Positions 32,837 through 42,393 of a stretch of DNA of 64,000 bases are shown here, piece after piece (position 1 is the first letter of the stretch; each line of letters starts with the position of its first letter). The notes beneath the pieces were generated by a model. The model saw nothing but the letters and a program-made list of their open reading frames with translations, was not told the origin of the DNA and ran no database searches. Source of the DNA: an uncultured Candidatus Saccharibacteria bacterium (GTDB lineage Bacteria > Patescibacteriota > Saccharimonadia > Saccharimonadales > CAIOMD01); contig CAIOMD010000006.1 of the NCBI GenBank assembly GCA_903859365.1, forward strand, positions 22,152 to 86,151, given 5' to 3'. The translations under genes and the position numbers were made by a program.

Positions 32837-32954
32837 ATAAATACTCTCTTTCTATGTGTGGAGTATAGCGCTAATTCAATTTTGTTTAAACAATGAGATT
32901 TGAATTATCAGCTACCGACCAGTATGATTAAAACATAAAAAGAAAGGTTAGATA

Positions 32955-33869
32955 GTGAATTCTCCTATTAATCCAGAGGCAGACAAGAGACTCGTGCACG
33001 AGCTTGCTGCAACCGCGGAAGACCTTATTAATCAGCATCTTGTTGTAGAACGAACATGGGATCCACAAGATTTGGTGCCCTGGGAAAATGCTATAACCTA
33101 CAATCCATCCCATGAATGGAGTCGTGAAATCTATCCACTTAATCAGGGCGTAAGAAGTGCAATTTATATTGGAGAGCTCACGGAAGAAAATTTACCGTAT
33201 TATACCAACGTATTATTGCAGCATGCACCAAAAGGTCATCCGCTTGAAGAATGGAGTAGAATTTGGACTGCTGAAGAATGGCGACATTCAGATGTAATTC
33301 GAAATTGGAATCGAATGACCGGCGCCTTTAATCCTCAAGAGATGGAAGTTGGCCGAGTCATTCAAATGAAGAGCGGCGATGTTCCTCAACCTGAATCAAC
33401 AGCTGAACTTATTTGTTACACCTCATTACAAGAACTTGCGACAGGAGTAGCACATAGAAACACTTCCAAACATTTGGATAGAGAACTTGGTGGGAAAAAA
33501 GTATTTGGAACTGTTGCTGGTGACGAAATGCTTCATCATCGCTTCTATCTCGAACTTGCCAGAGCTGCATTTCAAATTGATCCAGATACTATGATGCTCG
33601 CTTTTAGAAATACCTATATGAAATTTGATATGCCTGGTCTTTCTATCCCAAATTTTGCTGAGCACGCCCAAGCCATCGCTGATGCAGACATCTATAGTGA
33701 AAAACATTTTCAAAATGAAGTCGTCATGCCAGTCATTCGATCACTGGGCCTCTTTGCCATAGAAGGCCTTTCTGATGAAGCAAGACAAGCACAGGAAAGA
33801 ATTATGGGCCGCACAGGACGGTTTGAAAGACGACTCCAAAAAGAGACAGAAAAAAAGTTAAACGCTTAA
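32955..33869 (+). CDS. Acyl-ACP desaturase (DesA1/DesA2-like soluble diiron enzyme)
   Basis: TEENLPYY, WTAEEWRH, QELAT..AH, DEMLH, FDMPG. Confidence 0.9.
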   Translation: MNSPINPEADKRLVHELAATAEDLINQHLVVERTWDPQDLVPWENAITYNPSHEWSREIYPLNQGVRSAIYIGELTEENLPYYTNVLLQHAPKGHPLEEWSRIWTAEEWRHSDVIRNWNRMTGAFNPQEMEVGRVIQMKSGDVPQPESTAELICYTSLQELATGVAHRNTSKHLDRELGGKKVFGTVAGDEMLHHRFYLELARAAFQIDPDTMMLAFRNTYMKFDMPGLSIPNFAEHAQAIADADIYSEKHFQNEVVMPVIRSLGLFAIEGLSDEARQAQERIMGRTGRFERRLQKETEKKLNA

Positions 33870-34567
33870 GCTTTGCGAAGACCACGTTTGGTAATAGTGA
33901 GTGGCACGATGCCAAAAACGAGAATGAAAGCATAAATAACGGCAAAACCACACATGATACTTGGTAATCCTTCTATCGTCTTGGGGTTTATGGTATTTAC
34001 AATCCCAGTCGGGAGTAAGAAGCTTAAATAACCGACAATTTGAAGAATGAGTGCTTGTCGAATTTTTTTATTTGCTTTCATTATGTAATACAAACAAAGT
34101 CCGATACCAACTAACAGCCAGAAGTAGTAGTACATAAAATAGAAGCCACCAACTTTATCAGCGATTTGGAAAATAGCATAATTACCACCGCAAGCATGCG
34201 CTGAAATATCTGATGAGCTAAGACCGAATAATACTGCAAAAATTGCACTGACTGTGTAGGATATTGCCTTCAGAAGCGTGTTTTTCTTTTTTGCAATTAG
34301 TGAAATTAAATGGATAGCGAGTGCGGGGAGCAGCGTAATAGATACGAACCCAATGTGAGACCACATCTGTGCATTATGTCCGCCACACACATTAAATTCA
34401 GCCCACTGAAATAGGGCAAGGAATAAAAGCATCATTGATACGACTCGAGTTATCTGAGTCATTTTATAGCGTAGTAGGGTATAAGCAAAAAGGGTTACTT
34501 CTGATAGCATAGTAACAACCATGATGGGGGGAGAAAAACAATAAAAAGTAGATGATGTTCGTTTCAT
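33866..34567 (-). CDS. 7-TM membrane protein (resembles a histidine-kinase 7TM sensor module)
   Basis: About seven TM helices, FQWAEFNVC, PSIMCGFA. Confidence 0.65.
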   Translation of the reverse strand: MKRTSSTFYCFSPPIMVVTMLSEVTLFAYTLLRYKMTQITRVVSMMLLFLALFQWAEFNVCGGHNAQMWSHIGFVSITLLPALAIHLISLIAKKKNTLLKAISYTVSAIFAVLFGLSSSDISAHACGGNYAIFQIADKVGGFYFMYYYFWLLVGIGLCLYYIMKANKKIRQALILQIVGYLSFLLPTGIVNTINPKTIEGLPSIMCGFAVIYAFILVFGIVPLTITKRGLRKA

Positions 34568-34601
34568 TTACTAACATTCTAACAGAATAATGATTAAAAG
34601 C

Positions 34602-35216
34602 TTATGCGGAAAGCACAATAGGGTTTAGAACTATTTTATTAACTGCATGTTCACCCAAACGAGATATAACTTCAAGTCGCTCTAATGCTCTTTCGTCACT
34701 ATAATGAGCTGCAAAATCACTATGGATAATACCAATACTTAAATGAGGACGATAAAACCCCTCGCCATTTGGATCCCTTCTTAATTTGAAGCCTCGTTCA
34801 TAATAAATTCTTGCTATTTCTTCTTCTTCAGCCTCAAGTTCGTCACTAATAATTCCAAAACTTAATTTCGCTTTCTTTTCAGATCCAAACATTCCAAGTC
34901 TCCCAAGAGATACAGCCAATGGTTGGCTAGTAGAGGGCACTTTATCTAGCACAGATTCAGTTGATGGGCCTTCTAGTTTGTGATGATGATCAAAGCGAGA
35001 AAAACCAACGACGGTAACACCCATTGTTTCGGGAATAAAAAGTCTACCTACATTATTATCAAGTTCCGGGGTTAGCTGATCAGTTATGTTTTTGAGTGCT
35101 TCTAAACTTTCATCAGCAATACTTCTTCGAGCAGCAAATACTCCACGCATTTCGGCCACTTGCATCACATTGCGCTTTGGGCGCTGAGGTACAGCATTTT
35201 TTCGTCGTGCCATCAT
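34602..35216 (-). CDS. Hypothetical protein, possible degenerate 2H phosphoesterase
   Basis: YRPHLSIG is an HxS motif; the first motif position reads MGVTV. Confidence 0.5.
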   Translation of the reverse strand: MMARRKNAVPQRPKRNVMQVAEMRGVFAARRSIADESLEALKNITDQLTPELDNNVGRLFIPETMGVTVVGFSRFDHHHKLEGPSTESVLDKVPSTSQPLAVSLGRLGMFGSEKKAKLSFGIISDELEAEEEEIARIYYERGFKLRRDPNGEGFYRPHLSIGIIHSDFAAHYSDERALERLEVISRLGEHAVNKIVLNPIVLSA

Positions 35217-35310
35217 AATATTTTTATTGTGCAACTAAATATCAAATATGTCAATCATAAGCAATGTATATAATATTGACAGTTATGTGTCAAAAGCGTA
35301 TTTTGTAACA

Positions 35311-35814
35311 ATGACTAAACCAAATATGTACCTAGTAGGTGGAGAAAAAGATAGAACTGAGGAAGAGTACAGTGAACAGATACTTCGTAATCTTCTGCGT
35401 CTAATTGAAACATCTGATGATGTATCGGAAAAATATAATCAACATCTTGAACCATTTGGTGTTGAGGCAAATTCATCGGACAGTACTATAAAGATATTTA
35501 TTTATAACCACAAAGAAGATCCTTTGGCGGATATAACTTTCTATTCGAAGCTTGTTGACACTGATTTTATGAGCAAAGCAGGAAAAGATTGCATAAATTA
35601 TGTAAAAAATGACCACATGCTCATTGGGCCATTATCGGAAACGTTTATGCTCAATCGAGATGGGACGATAAGTCGCGCGATTTATCAGGAAATAACTGAT
35701 ACAGAACATACAATGATTCCAGAACTAAGCGTGCTTATTGATAGAGATGAAGTGATTGAAGATCACGAGCGAGATGCGCTCATTTCACTACTTGAAAAAA
35801 TAGGTTCTCTTTAG
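35311..35814 (+). CDS. Hypothetical acidic protein
   Basis: ORF; start placed at MTKPN, 6 nt after a -10-like hexamer. Confidence 0.6.
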   Translation: MTKPNMYLVGGEKDRTEEEYSEQILRNLLRLIETSDDVSEKYNQHLEPFGVEANSSDSTIKIFIYNHKEDPLADITFYSKLVDTDFMSKAGKDCINYVKNDHMLIGPLSETFMLNRDGTISRAIYQEITDTEHTMIPELSVLIDRDEVIEDHERDALISLLEKIGSL

Positions 35815-36128
35815 GCTATATCGTCGCTGTGCGAATCTACAGCTTGAACTTCAACCACTTGCTCAATTGCTTTCTTCGCGGCGTTACGGCTGGCACGGAG
35901 TAACTCCCGTTTATTCCTCATCGTACCGCCCCAAACACCATATTCAATTTTGTTTAGCGTCGCATATTCATCACACTGCTTTTGGTAAGGGCACGTGTTG
36001 CAAATTGCAATCGCCTGAGTTATTTCATTTCTTTTATCTGAAAAAAATAGGTCTAACATGCCTTTACAGGGTGCATCATCTGACCATTCGATAAAATTCT
36101 GTTCTAGAGTTGGATTATACTTTTTCAT
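35811..36128 (-). CDS. WhiB-family Fe-S transcriptional regulator
   Basis: W...A.C...DLFF...AIAICNTCP...C...GVWGG; four cysteines intact. Confidence 0.93.
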   Translation of the reverse strand: MKKYNPTLEQNFIEWSDDAPCKGMLDLFFSDKRNEITQAIAICNTCPYQKQCDEYATLNKIEYGVWGGTMRNKRELLRASRNAAKKAIEQVVEVQAVDSHSDDIA

Positions 36129-36195
36129 ATTCAGAAAAATATTATAACAGGATATATTGTTTTTTTCAAATAAATATTGTATAATTCAAGGCACT

Positions 36196-36612
36196 ATGGA
36201 AAAACAAGAAATTCTTGAATTTACCTTTGCTAAAGATTCGTCAATTGAGCTTTCAACAGCTCAGGATAAAGCCGTATTTGTAATGCAGGCAATTAAAGAT
36301 GAGCTACTTTTGCGACGTCAAGCTTCAGCCCAGGCATTGGCAGAATTAGATTCAATCCTGCAAGAACACGAAATATCTATCCCCAAGGAAACTAGTGAAT
36401 CATTGCAATTATCTGTTCGTGAGATAGGTATCGGTTCAATGGGTTCAAATGCACTCTATAGGGCAGGAGTTGAAACTGTTGCTGACTTGATTGAAAAGAC
36501 ACCACGTCAACTACGAAATATTAATCGTTTTGGCAAAGGTTCGTATATGGAAACAGTAGCTGCTCTTGGTCAACTTGGTCTTTCGCTTAAAGAACCAAAA
36601 AGTTCGTTCTAA
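36196..36612 (+). CDS. Stand-alone RNA polymerase alpha C-terminal domain protein
   Basis: SVREIGIGSMGSNALYRAGVETVADLIEKTPRQLRNINRFGKGSYMETVAALGQLGLSL aligns with alphaCTD; N-terminal coiled coil replaces the alphaNTD. Confidence 0.82.
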   Translation: MEKQEILEFTFAKDSSIELSTAQDKAVFVMQAIKDELLLRRQASAQALAELDSILQEHEISIPKETSESLQLSVREIGIGSMGSNALYRAGVETVADLIEKTPRQLRNINRFGKGSYMETVAALGQLGLSLKEPKSSF

Positions 36613-36872
36613 TTACTTGTAACTACTTGTGATCCAACCGACACTTCTTTTGGTGTAGGCCACGTTATGGTGAATGTCGTGCCTTTACCTATGACTGATT
36701 GAACATCAATATCGCCGCCAACCTGATCCATAATAAGCTTGTCTAGGTACAGACTGACTCCAAGACCATCATGATCTATTTGTAGTGCGCTTGAGTTATC
36801 GCTTCGGGAGAATGCACTAAACAGGTGATTCATTTGAACATCAGTCATTCCTTGTCCTTGATATGATAAAAC
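36609..36872 (-). pseudogene. Remnant C-terminal HATPase_c fragment of a sensor kinase
   Basis: YQGQGM (G1), LFSAFSR (F box), GLGVSLY (G2), GKGTTF; no H box or N box. Confidence 0.75.
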
Positions 36873-37751
36873 TTATGCTTTTTCCTTATTTTTAAAAAAT
36901 TGATGCAGCCCAAAAGATGTACTTACGATTGTTATGATAAAAAGTATATAGATAGAGCGATCAATAAGGTTGGCGAGCACTATGGCACTTGTCGGTATTT
37001 GGTGTATTTTTTCGGAAAGTACTAAGAACGTTTCTCGTATTCCAATTCCTGCAGGAGTCAATCCAACAAAAAGGGAAATATTTGCAATTCCTGTATAGGC
37101 GATGACCTGATGAAATACCACTAAGTGGTCAACCGCTTTGAGCTCAATAAAGTAAATAATGGTTTGTAAACTAAATTGAGCAGCGGTAAGCAAAAAAAGG
37201 GTTGATGCCATTTTTTTTTGAAGTGCAATCTTTTCAACATCTAGGGATTTCTTTTTTCCATACCATTTCGTCAGGAATAGTAAGGACCCACCAATCAATA
37301 AGACAAAAAGAATCGATTGCCACCATGGGCGCGAACCAATAGCAATAAAAGAAATACTAATAAGTGTGTAGAATAAATAATACAGAAGAGTCACTGAAAG
37401 AAAAGTTTTAAACGCTATCCCGTACTTACGTTTTGCGTAGCCGCTTCTAAATAATGGGCCAGCTTGACCGGGGAGAATAAAATTAAGTCCTATTGAATAC
37501 CCGTTAATATAGAAGTTCTCTGTAAACTTAGTTGTTTTTTTACATAACATGATGGTGACACTAAAAAGTTGTAGAATGATTGAGAACATAACCAAATACA
37601 ACAAAAATACACTAACAAGTACGAAGATTGAAACAGTGCTAAGTTGATGCACAAGTGAAGGATGTTCTGTAAGATAGCGTTTAACTACAAAAAAGGTAAT
37701 TATGATTGCTGTGACAGCTATTAAGAAGCGAACGAGTTTTGTTTGTTTCAT
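36873..37751 (-). CDS. LPG-synthase-TM/UPF0104 flippase-like membrane protein
   Basis: Multi-TM, NFILPGQAG, TPAGIGIRE motif. Confidence 0.85.
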   Translation of the reverse strand: MKQTKLVRFLIAVTAIIITFFVVKRYLTEHPSLVHQLSTVSIFVLVSVFLLYLVMFSIILQLFSVTIMLCKKTTKFTENFYINGYSIGLNFILPGQAGPLFRSGYAKRKYGIAFKTFLSVTLLYYLFYTLISISFIAIGSRPWWQSILFVLLIGGSLLFLTKWYGKKKSLDVEKIALQKKMASTLFLLTAAQFSLQTIIYFIELKAVDHLVVFHQVIAYTGIANISLFVGLTPAGIGIRETFLVLSEKIHQIPTSAIVLANLIDRSIYILFIITIVSTSFGLHQFFKNKEKA

Positions 37752-37815
37752 AGTTAGAAATAGTATATACGATTAAGCTAACTCTAAGACGAGGGATGAT
37801 ATAATTTATTAATTC

Positions 37816-38943
37816 ATGAGTGATAACAATCTTCAAAAATTATTGAAATTAAAAAGTACAGTAAGTCACTACATTAGAAACCATCTTGGAGTCATGGCTA
37901 TCATTTGTGTGGTTGTCTCGGTTATTTTTAGCATTATATTAAGCCAGGGGGCTATTCATAAGATTACCCTTAATAAAGCTACCTCGTCTCACCACAACCT
38001 AGAACACAATAATCCATTGAAATATAGTGCCAACTGGGATGGATCAGACTACATTCATATTGCTAATAATGGCTATGATACTGGCTTCTTTACTGGTTTC
38101 TTTCCGGTATATCCGCTGACCATTAGAATAGTAAATTATCTCATTCCTTCATCAATTCTTTGTGGACTGCTCATAAGCTGGGCAAGTCTTATTGGTGCTA
38201 TATATTTCTACGCAAAACTAGTAAAAGAATTCTGTAAAGGTCTTACTAAAAAAACGGAGAATAGCGAATATTTTAAAGCAGTCGTTTTCTTTTTGCTGTT
38301 CCCCTCAGGTGTATATTTTCTGTCCGTTTACACTGAAAGCCTCTTTGCGCTTCTCTCATTTGCTGCCATTTACTTTTTAACCAAAAAGAAGTATTTACTC
38401 AGCGCATTGCTAGTGTCAGTCGCCTGTGCAACACATGTTACAGGAGTATTTGTACTATTTTTGATGCTACTTATGTTACTCGAACAAAAAGTTAAAATTA
38501 CCAAAATCGCGCAAGTGGGCGTGGTGGGTTCATTAGGGTTACTTAGTTATATGGGATACCTTTGGAAGTACTTTAATAATCCACTGGAGTTTCTATCTGC
38601 TCAAAAGCAACATCATTGGTTAGAAACAAGTTTATGGAATAATCTTTCACTCATGAGTTTACTTGATGGGGTGCTGATTGTACTCCTTATCACTTCAGCT
38701 GTGTATTGGTGGAGACGGAAAAAAAGCTTTTCTATTTATTCACTTCTTTTTCTTTTAATTCCGCTCCTAGGAGGCCAATTCGGAGGCTTTCCGCGCTACT
38801 GCTTGATTGCATTCCCTATGACATTAATGCTGTACGAATATTTGCAGGCAAAAGAATCTTTACGACTTATCTCCACCCTAGTATTTGGAGCTATCTGGGC
38901 CTATGTTGTTATCTTATTTTCTATTGGATACGTCGTAACGTAA
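37816..38943 (+). CDS. GT-C mannosyltransferase (PIG-V/GPI-MT-II-like)
   Basis: WDGSDYIHIANNGY, FFPVYP, YTESLF, RY...FP; multi-TM. Confidence 0.85.
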   Translation: MSDNNLQKLLKLKSTVSHYIRNHLGVMAIICVVVSVIFSIILSQGAIHKITLNKATSSHHNLEHNNPLKYSANWDGSDYIHIANNGYDTGFFTGFFPVYPLTIRIVNYLIPSSILCGLLISWASLIGAIYFYAKLVKEFCKGLTKKTENSEYFKAVVFFLLFPSGVYFLSVYTESLFALLSFAAIYFLTKKKYLLSALLVSVACATHVTGVFVLFLMLLMLLEQKVKITKIAQVGVVGSLGLLSYMGYLWKYFNNPLEFLSAQKQHHWLETSLWNNLSLMSLLDGVLIVLLITSAVYWWRRKKSFSIYSLLFLLIPLLGGQFGGFPRYCLIAFPMTLMLYEYLQAKESLRLISTLVFGAIWAYVVILFSIGYVVT

Positions 38944-38950
38944 GCACTAA

Positions 38951-39928
38951 TTATTTAGATCTGATTTTTTTCTCTACAAGCATGCCATACCGTGTTCGAC
39001 GTTGCTCTTCGAGCACATCTTCAATTAGCGAACGATTAATACGAATAAGGTTTGCAATTACACCAAGTGCATAACAAAGAAATGAGATATTAAGAAGTAC
39101 AGTTCCAATAATAAGTGACTGTAAATGATGGGCGCCGTACGGATCGCGATTTGTAATGAAGATGTATACATAGTGAATGAATGGAATGGCTCCAACCACT
39201 AAGAAAAAGGTGCCAACACTGAGAAAAACAACGTAGGGTTTATACATCGTATACCCATTCAACAGTGCAACAGCAGATTTTCTTACGTGCTCCCATGAAT
39301 TTTTAAATAAGCGAGATTCACGAGTCTTAGGATTTGTCTTAATTTTTATAACTTCAATTCCCATACGCTTATTGCCAGCCTGAATTGTGGTTTCCATAGC
39401 AAAATTAAAACGACCCACTAAATTAAACTTAATTGCAGCTTCTTTCGAGTACGCCCTGAATCCACTAGTACTATCTGGTACCGACGTGCCGGCAGCAGTA
39501 TTAAGCACACGAGTACCAAATTTCTGGAGAAACTTTTTCATTGGAGAAAAATGTTCTATGGTGTGCACCTGGCGATCAGCTATGACGATATCCGCACGAC
39601 CTTCAACAACGGGAGCAATAAGCTCAGGTATTTTTTCCTGCGGATATTGGTTATCTCCATCTGTCAAAACGAGAACATCAGCTCCAAGTTCTAGCGCACC
39701 GGTAATACCATCTCGCAATGACAGTGCCAAACCACGGTTTTTGGCATGGTTAATGAAATGTTTTACGCCTAGTTTTTTTGCCACCGCAACTGTTTTATCA
39801 GTTGATCCGTCATTTATAATCAAAACTTCAATAGAATCAATGCCCTTAATTTTCTTTGGAATAGTGGATAATGTGAGCGGTAGTGTCGTTTCTTCATTCA
39901 GACACGGAATCATAATAACTAATTTCAT
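38951..39928 (-). CDS. GT2 glycosyltransferase (polyprenol-phosphate sugar synthase-like) with C-terminal TMs
   Basis: IPCLNEE, NDGSTD, TDGDNQY, DSTSGFRA. Confidence 0.9.
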   Translation of the reverse strand: MKLVIMIPCLNEETTLPLTLSTIPKKIKGIDSIEVLIINDGSTDKTVAVAKKLGVKHFINHAKNRGLALSLRDGITGALELGADVLVLTDGDNQYPQEKIPELIAPVVEGRADIVIADRQVHTIEHFSPMKKFLQKFGTRVLNTAAGTSVPDSTSGFRAYSKEAAIKFNLVGRFNFAMETTIQAGNKRMGIEVIKIKTNPKTRESRLFKNSWEHVRKSAVALLNGYTMYKPYVVFLSVGTFFLVVGAIPFIHYVYIFITNRDPYGAHHLQSLIIGTVLLNISFLCYALGVIANLIRINRSLIEDVLEEQRRTRYGMLVEKKIRSK

Positions 39929-40058
39929 AAATTGCACCTTTTCTAATCTGTTATTATAGCAAATTAATGCCCGAAAAGACAGCTTTGGAACTAAGTTTAG
40001 ACCATTAGTATAAACTTTTAAGCTGTGAATATGCTGATATTTTTATATAATAGTGCAT

Positions 40059-41315
40059 ATGGAAACGGATATCATAAAAATAAAAAAAATACCGAAAGAG
40101 TCAAAGCCTGAACCGCTAACGTCGATTCATGTTGATAAAAAAATAATTCGACACAAGAAACTCAAGGCACTACTCATCACCCTAATTATCGTAGCTGGAA
40201 CTGGTGGTGGCAGTATCTATTTGCTTGAAGCACAGCCAGCATTAGTAGCTAAATTTGCAGATAATGTTCTTCGCCCAACCCTTGGAAATAGAAATACCAT
40301 TATTTTAGAAAATATTGTTTTTTCTTTATCCGACCGTTTAAAACAAATTGCCTATGGTACTGTCGGAAAACCTAAAGCTAATATTTTTAATGCTGAACCA
40401 GCATCAAAACCCCAATCAGCTCCTAAGCCAACTGTTCAGTCTCTTAATCTCACCACAATTAACGATTCACAACCAGGGTATCCGCTACTTGATGGTGAAG
40501 GTCAGTGGACAATTGTTAATTTACCCCAGTTTAAGAACCAGCAGATCATGGCCCGCACTTTTGTCAGGCCAGACCCTGATCGCTCCTATGCAATTGTTGC
40601 ACTTATTCAAATGAATATGCATTATCTTACCCTTACTTCAGTAGCAGGGACGTACTATCCTGGAGGAGATTTAGGTCATCCAGGGCCAGGAGTTATCCCA
40701 GTTGCTGACCAGGCCTCGAATAATCTTGTGGCAGCTTTTAACGGCGGTTTTCAATACATGGACGGCCACTATGGAATGACCGTTGGCACCAATGTCTATG
40801 TTCCTTTAACTGAGGGACTCGGCAGCCTTATTATATACAAAGATGGATCAGCTTCAATCGAGCGATATGATAGTACAAAAAAAACGCTAATACCGATAGC
40901 CGCTGTTCGCCAAAATGGCCCACTCATTTTAGATAAAGGTCAGGTGACTGCCGATGCAAATAGTGGTGGGTACCAAGTCTGGGGACGTACCACTACTAAT
41001 TCTGTATATACCTGGCGTTCAGGTGTGGGTATGACAGCCTCGGGCAATCTTGTATATGCAGTTGGGCCATCACTCACTGCTGCAACACTGGCACAATCAC
41101 TGAAGTTAGCAGGAGCAACTGAAGGATTACAGCTAGATATCAACCAGTTCTGGGTTAGATTTGTTACTTTTACACCAACTAGTCCAGGAAACTACGCTAC
41201 TGAAAGCATTTTAAATACACTACAAAATGGTGGGCCTCAGTATTTACACGGATACAACAAAGATTTTTTCTATCTTATGATGCGTCCATCAGTGACTCAT
41301 AGATCTAAATCATAG
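40059..41315 (+). CDS. Phosphodiester glycosidase (NAGPA) family protein
   Basis: TM anchor, AAFNGGF, VRQNGP, WRSGVG, LQLDIN. Confidence 0.75.
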   Translation: METDIIKIKKIPKESKPEPLTSIHVDKKIIRHKKLKALLITLIIVAGTGGGSIYLLEAQPALVAKFADNVLRPTLGNRNTIILENIVFSLSDRLKQIAYGTVGKPKANIFNAEPASKPQSAPKPTVQSLNLTTINDSQPGYPLLDGEGQWTIVNLPQFKNQQIMARTFVRPDPDRSYAIVALIQMNMHYLTLTSVAGTYYPGGDLGHPGPGVIPVADQASNNLVAAFNGGFQYMDGHYGMTVGTNVYVPLTEGLGSLIIYKDGSASIERYDSTKKTLIPIAAVRQNGPLILDKGQVTADANSGGYQVWGRTTTNSVYTWRSGVGMTASGNLVYAVGPSLTAATLAQSLKLAGATEGLQLDINQFWVRFVTFTPTSPGNYATESILNTLQNGGPQYLHGYNKDFFYLMMRPSVTHRSKS

Positions 41316-41369
41316 TCTTTACATCTAAACACTATAGAAGTAGCATGATAAGTATAAGAAGTATCTGCT

Positions 41370-42350
41370 ATGGAAAAAAGACGCAAGGAATTTACAGAAA
41401 TACCATTAGTAAGTCCTATTCCAAACGCTAAAATTATTAATCAATTTAATAAACGAAACAATTACCAACATCCTGAAGGGGCTTTATCGGTGTATCGTTA
41501 CGAACTTGACGATGAAATATCTTATGATGTGCTCTATGGCCAATCCGCTTCACTTAGGTGCGATACATTAATTGTTGCTACAAGCTCTTGGCTCACTGGG
41601 CTCGAAGGATTCAATGAAGATTTAACTCTTCAGCTCATGGATATCGGTTTCGATGTAGCCTTCATAAGTACCGCCATTGGCAAACAGACAACGCTTCTTA
41701 AAAATGCAGACGACATACACGTCATTCTCGATAATATAGATAAAAAGGGAAGGCATCAGGAGAAACAGGCGATTACAATTGGTGCTTCTCGGGGCGCAAT
41801 GGTTGGTTTTGGCATTGAGTCTGTTTCTAAGAAAAATGAAAGAAATATTATCTACTCGGACATAGTTGATCCATGCCAAGCAGTACCGCTCGCTTTAAGG
41901 AACCCAAAACAAATCTTTGAATATATTCGCTCTGTTCCAGACGCAACCAGTGATCTATGTAGAGTTATCGCAAAATTACCTCTAAAAAAGAAAGTCGATT
42001 ATCTTAAAACTATAGAACTTCACCCTGAATCAGCCCTGCAAATAATTCACAGCACTCCTTCAATCTTCAGCGGTGAAGCAGGAGAACTTGCTCAAAAAGT
42101 ATCCAAAGATGCACATATGCATATTAGATTTTTTGACAAAAATCCAGCAAATAATGCGGATACGTACAAGGAATACTTTGCAAATCACACAGGAGTTGTA
42201 ATAGAAACGGTGAACGGCGCTCATTTTTCACTTTTAAGTCAAAAAACTACAGAAAAAACCCTCGCTCGTCTTGCTACTCTAGGCACTCAATTGAGTAACG
42301 GGGTTACGGAAGATGAAATTAACTTTAAGGAATTATCGCAGATACTCTGA
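41370..42350 (+). CDS. Alpha/beta hydrolase-fold protein
   Basis: IGASRGAM nucleophile motif; GAH near the C-terminus. Confidence 0.65.
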   Translation: MEKRRKEFTEIPLVSPIPNAKIINQFNKRNNYQHPEGALSVYRYELDDEISYDVLYGQSASLRCDTLIVATSSWLTGLEGFNEDLTLQLMDIGFDVAFISTAIGKQTTLLKNADDIHVILDNIDKKGRHQEKQAITIGASRGAMVGFGIESVSKKNERNIIYSDIVDPCQAVPLALRNPKQIFEYIRSVPDATSDLCRVIAKLPLKKKVDYLKTIELHPESALQIIHSTPSIFSGEAGELAQKVSKDAHMHIRFFDKNPANNADTYKEYFANHTGVVIETVNGAHFSLLSQKTTEKTLARLATLGTQLSNGVTEDEINFKELSQIL

Positions 42351-42393
42351 TTCCGCTTGTGACACCGTAGTAAGTTTTTGTTAAAATGTTCTG

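Noticed and set aside
39387-39959. 190-aa ORF antisense to the GT2 gene
   Set aside because: Lies opposite a conserved gene and has no motif.
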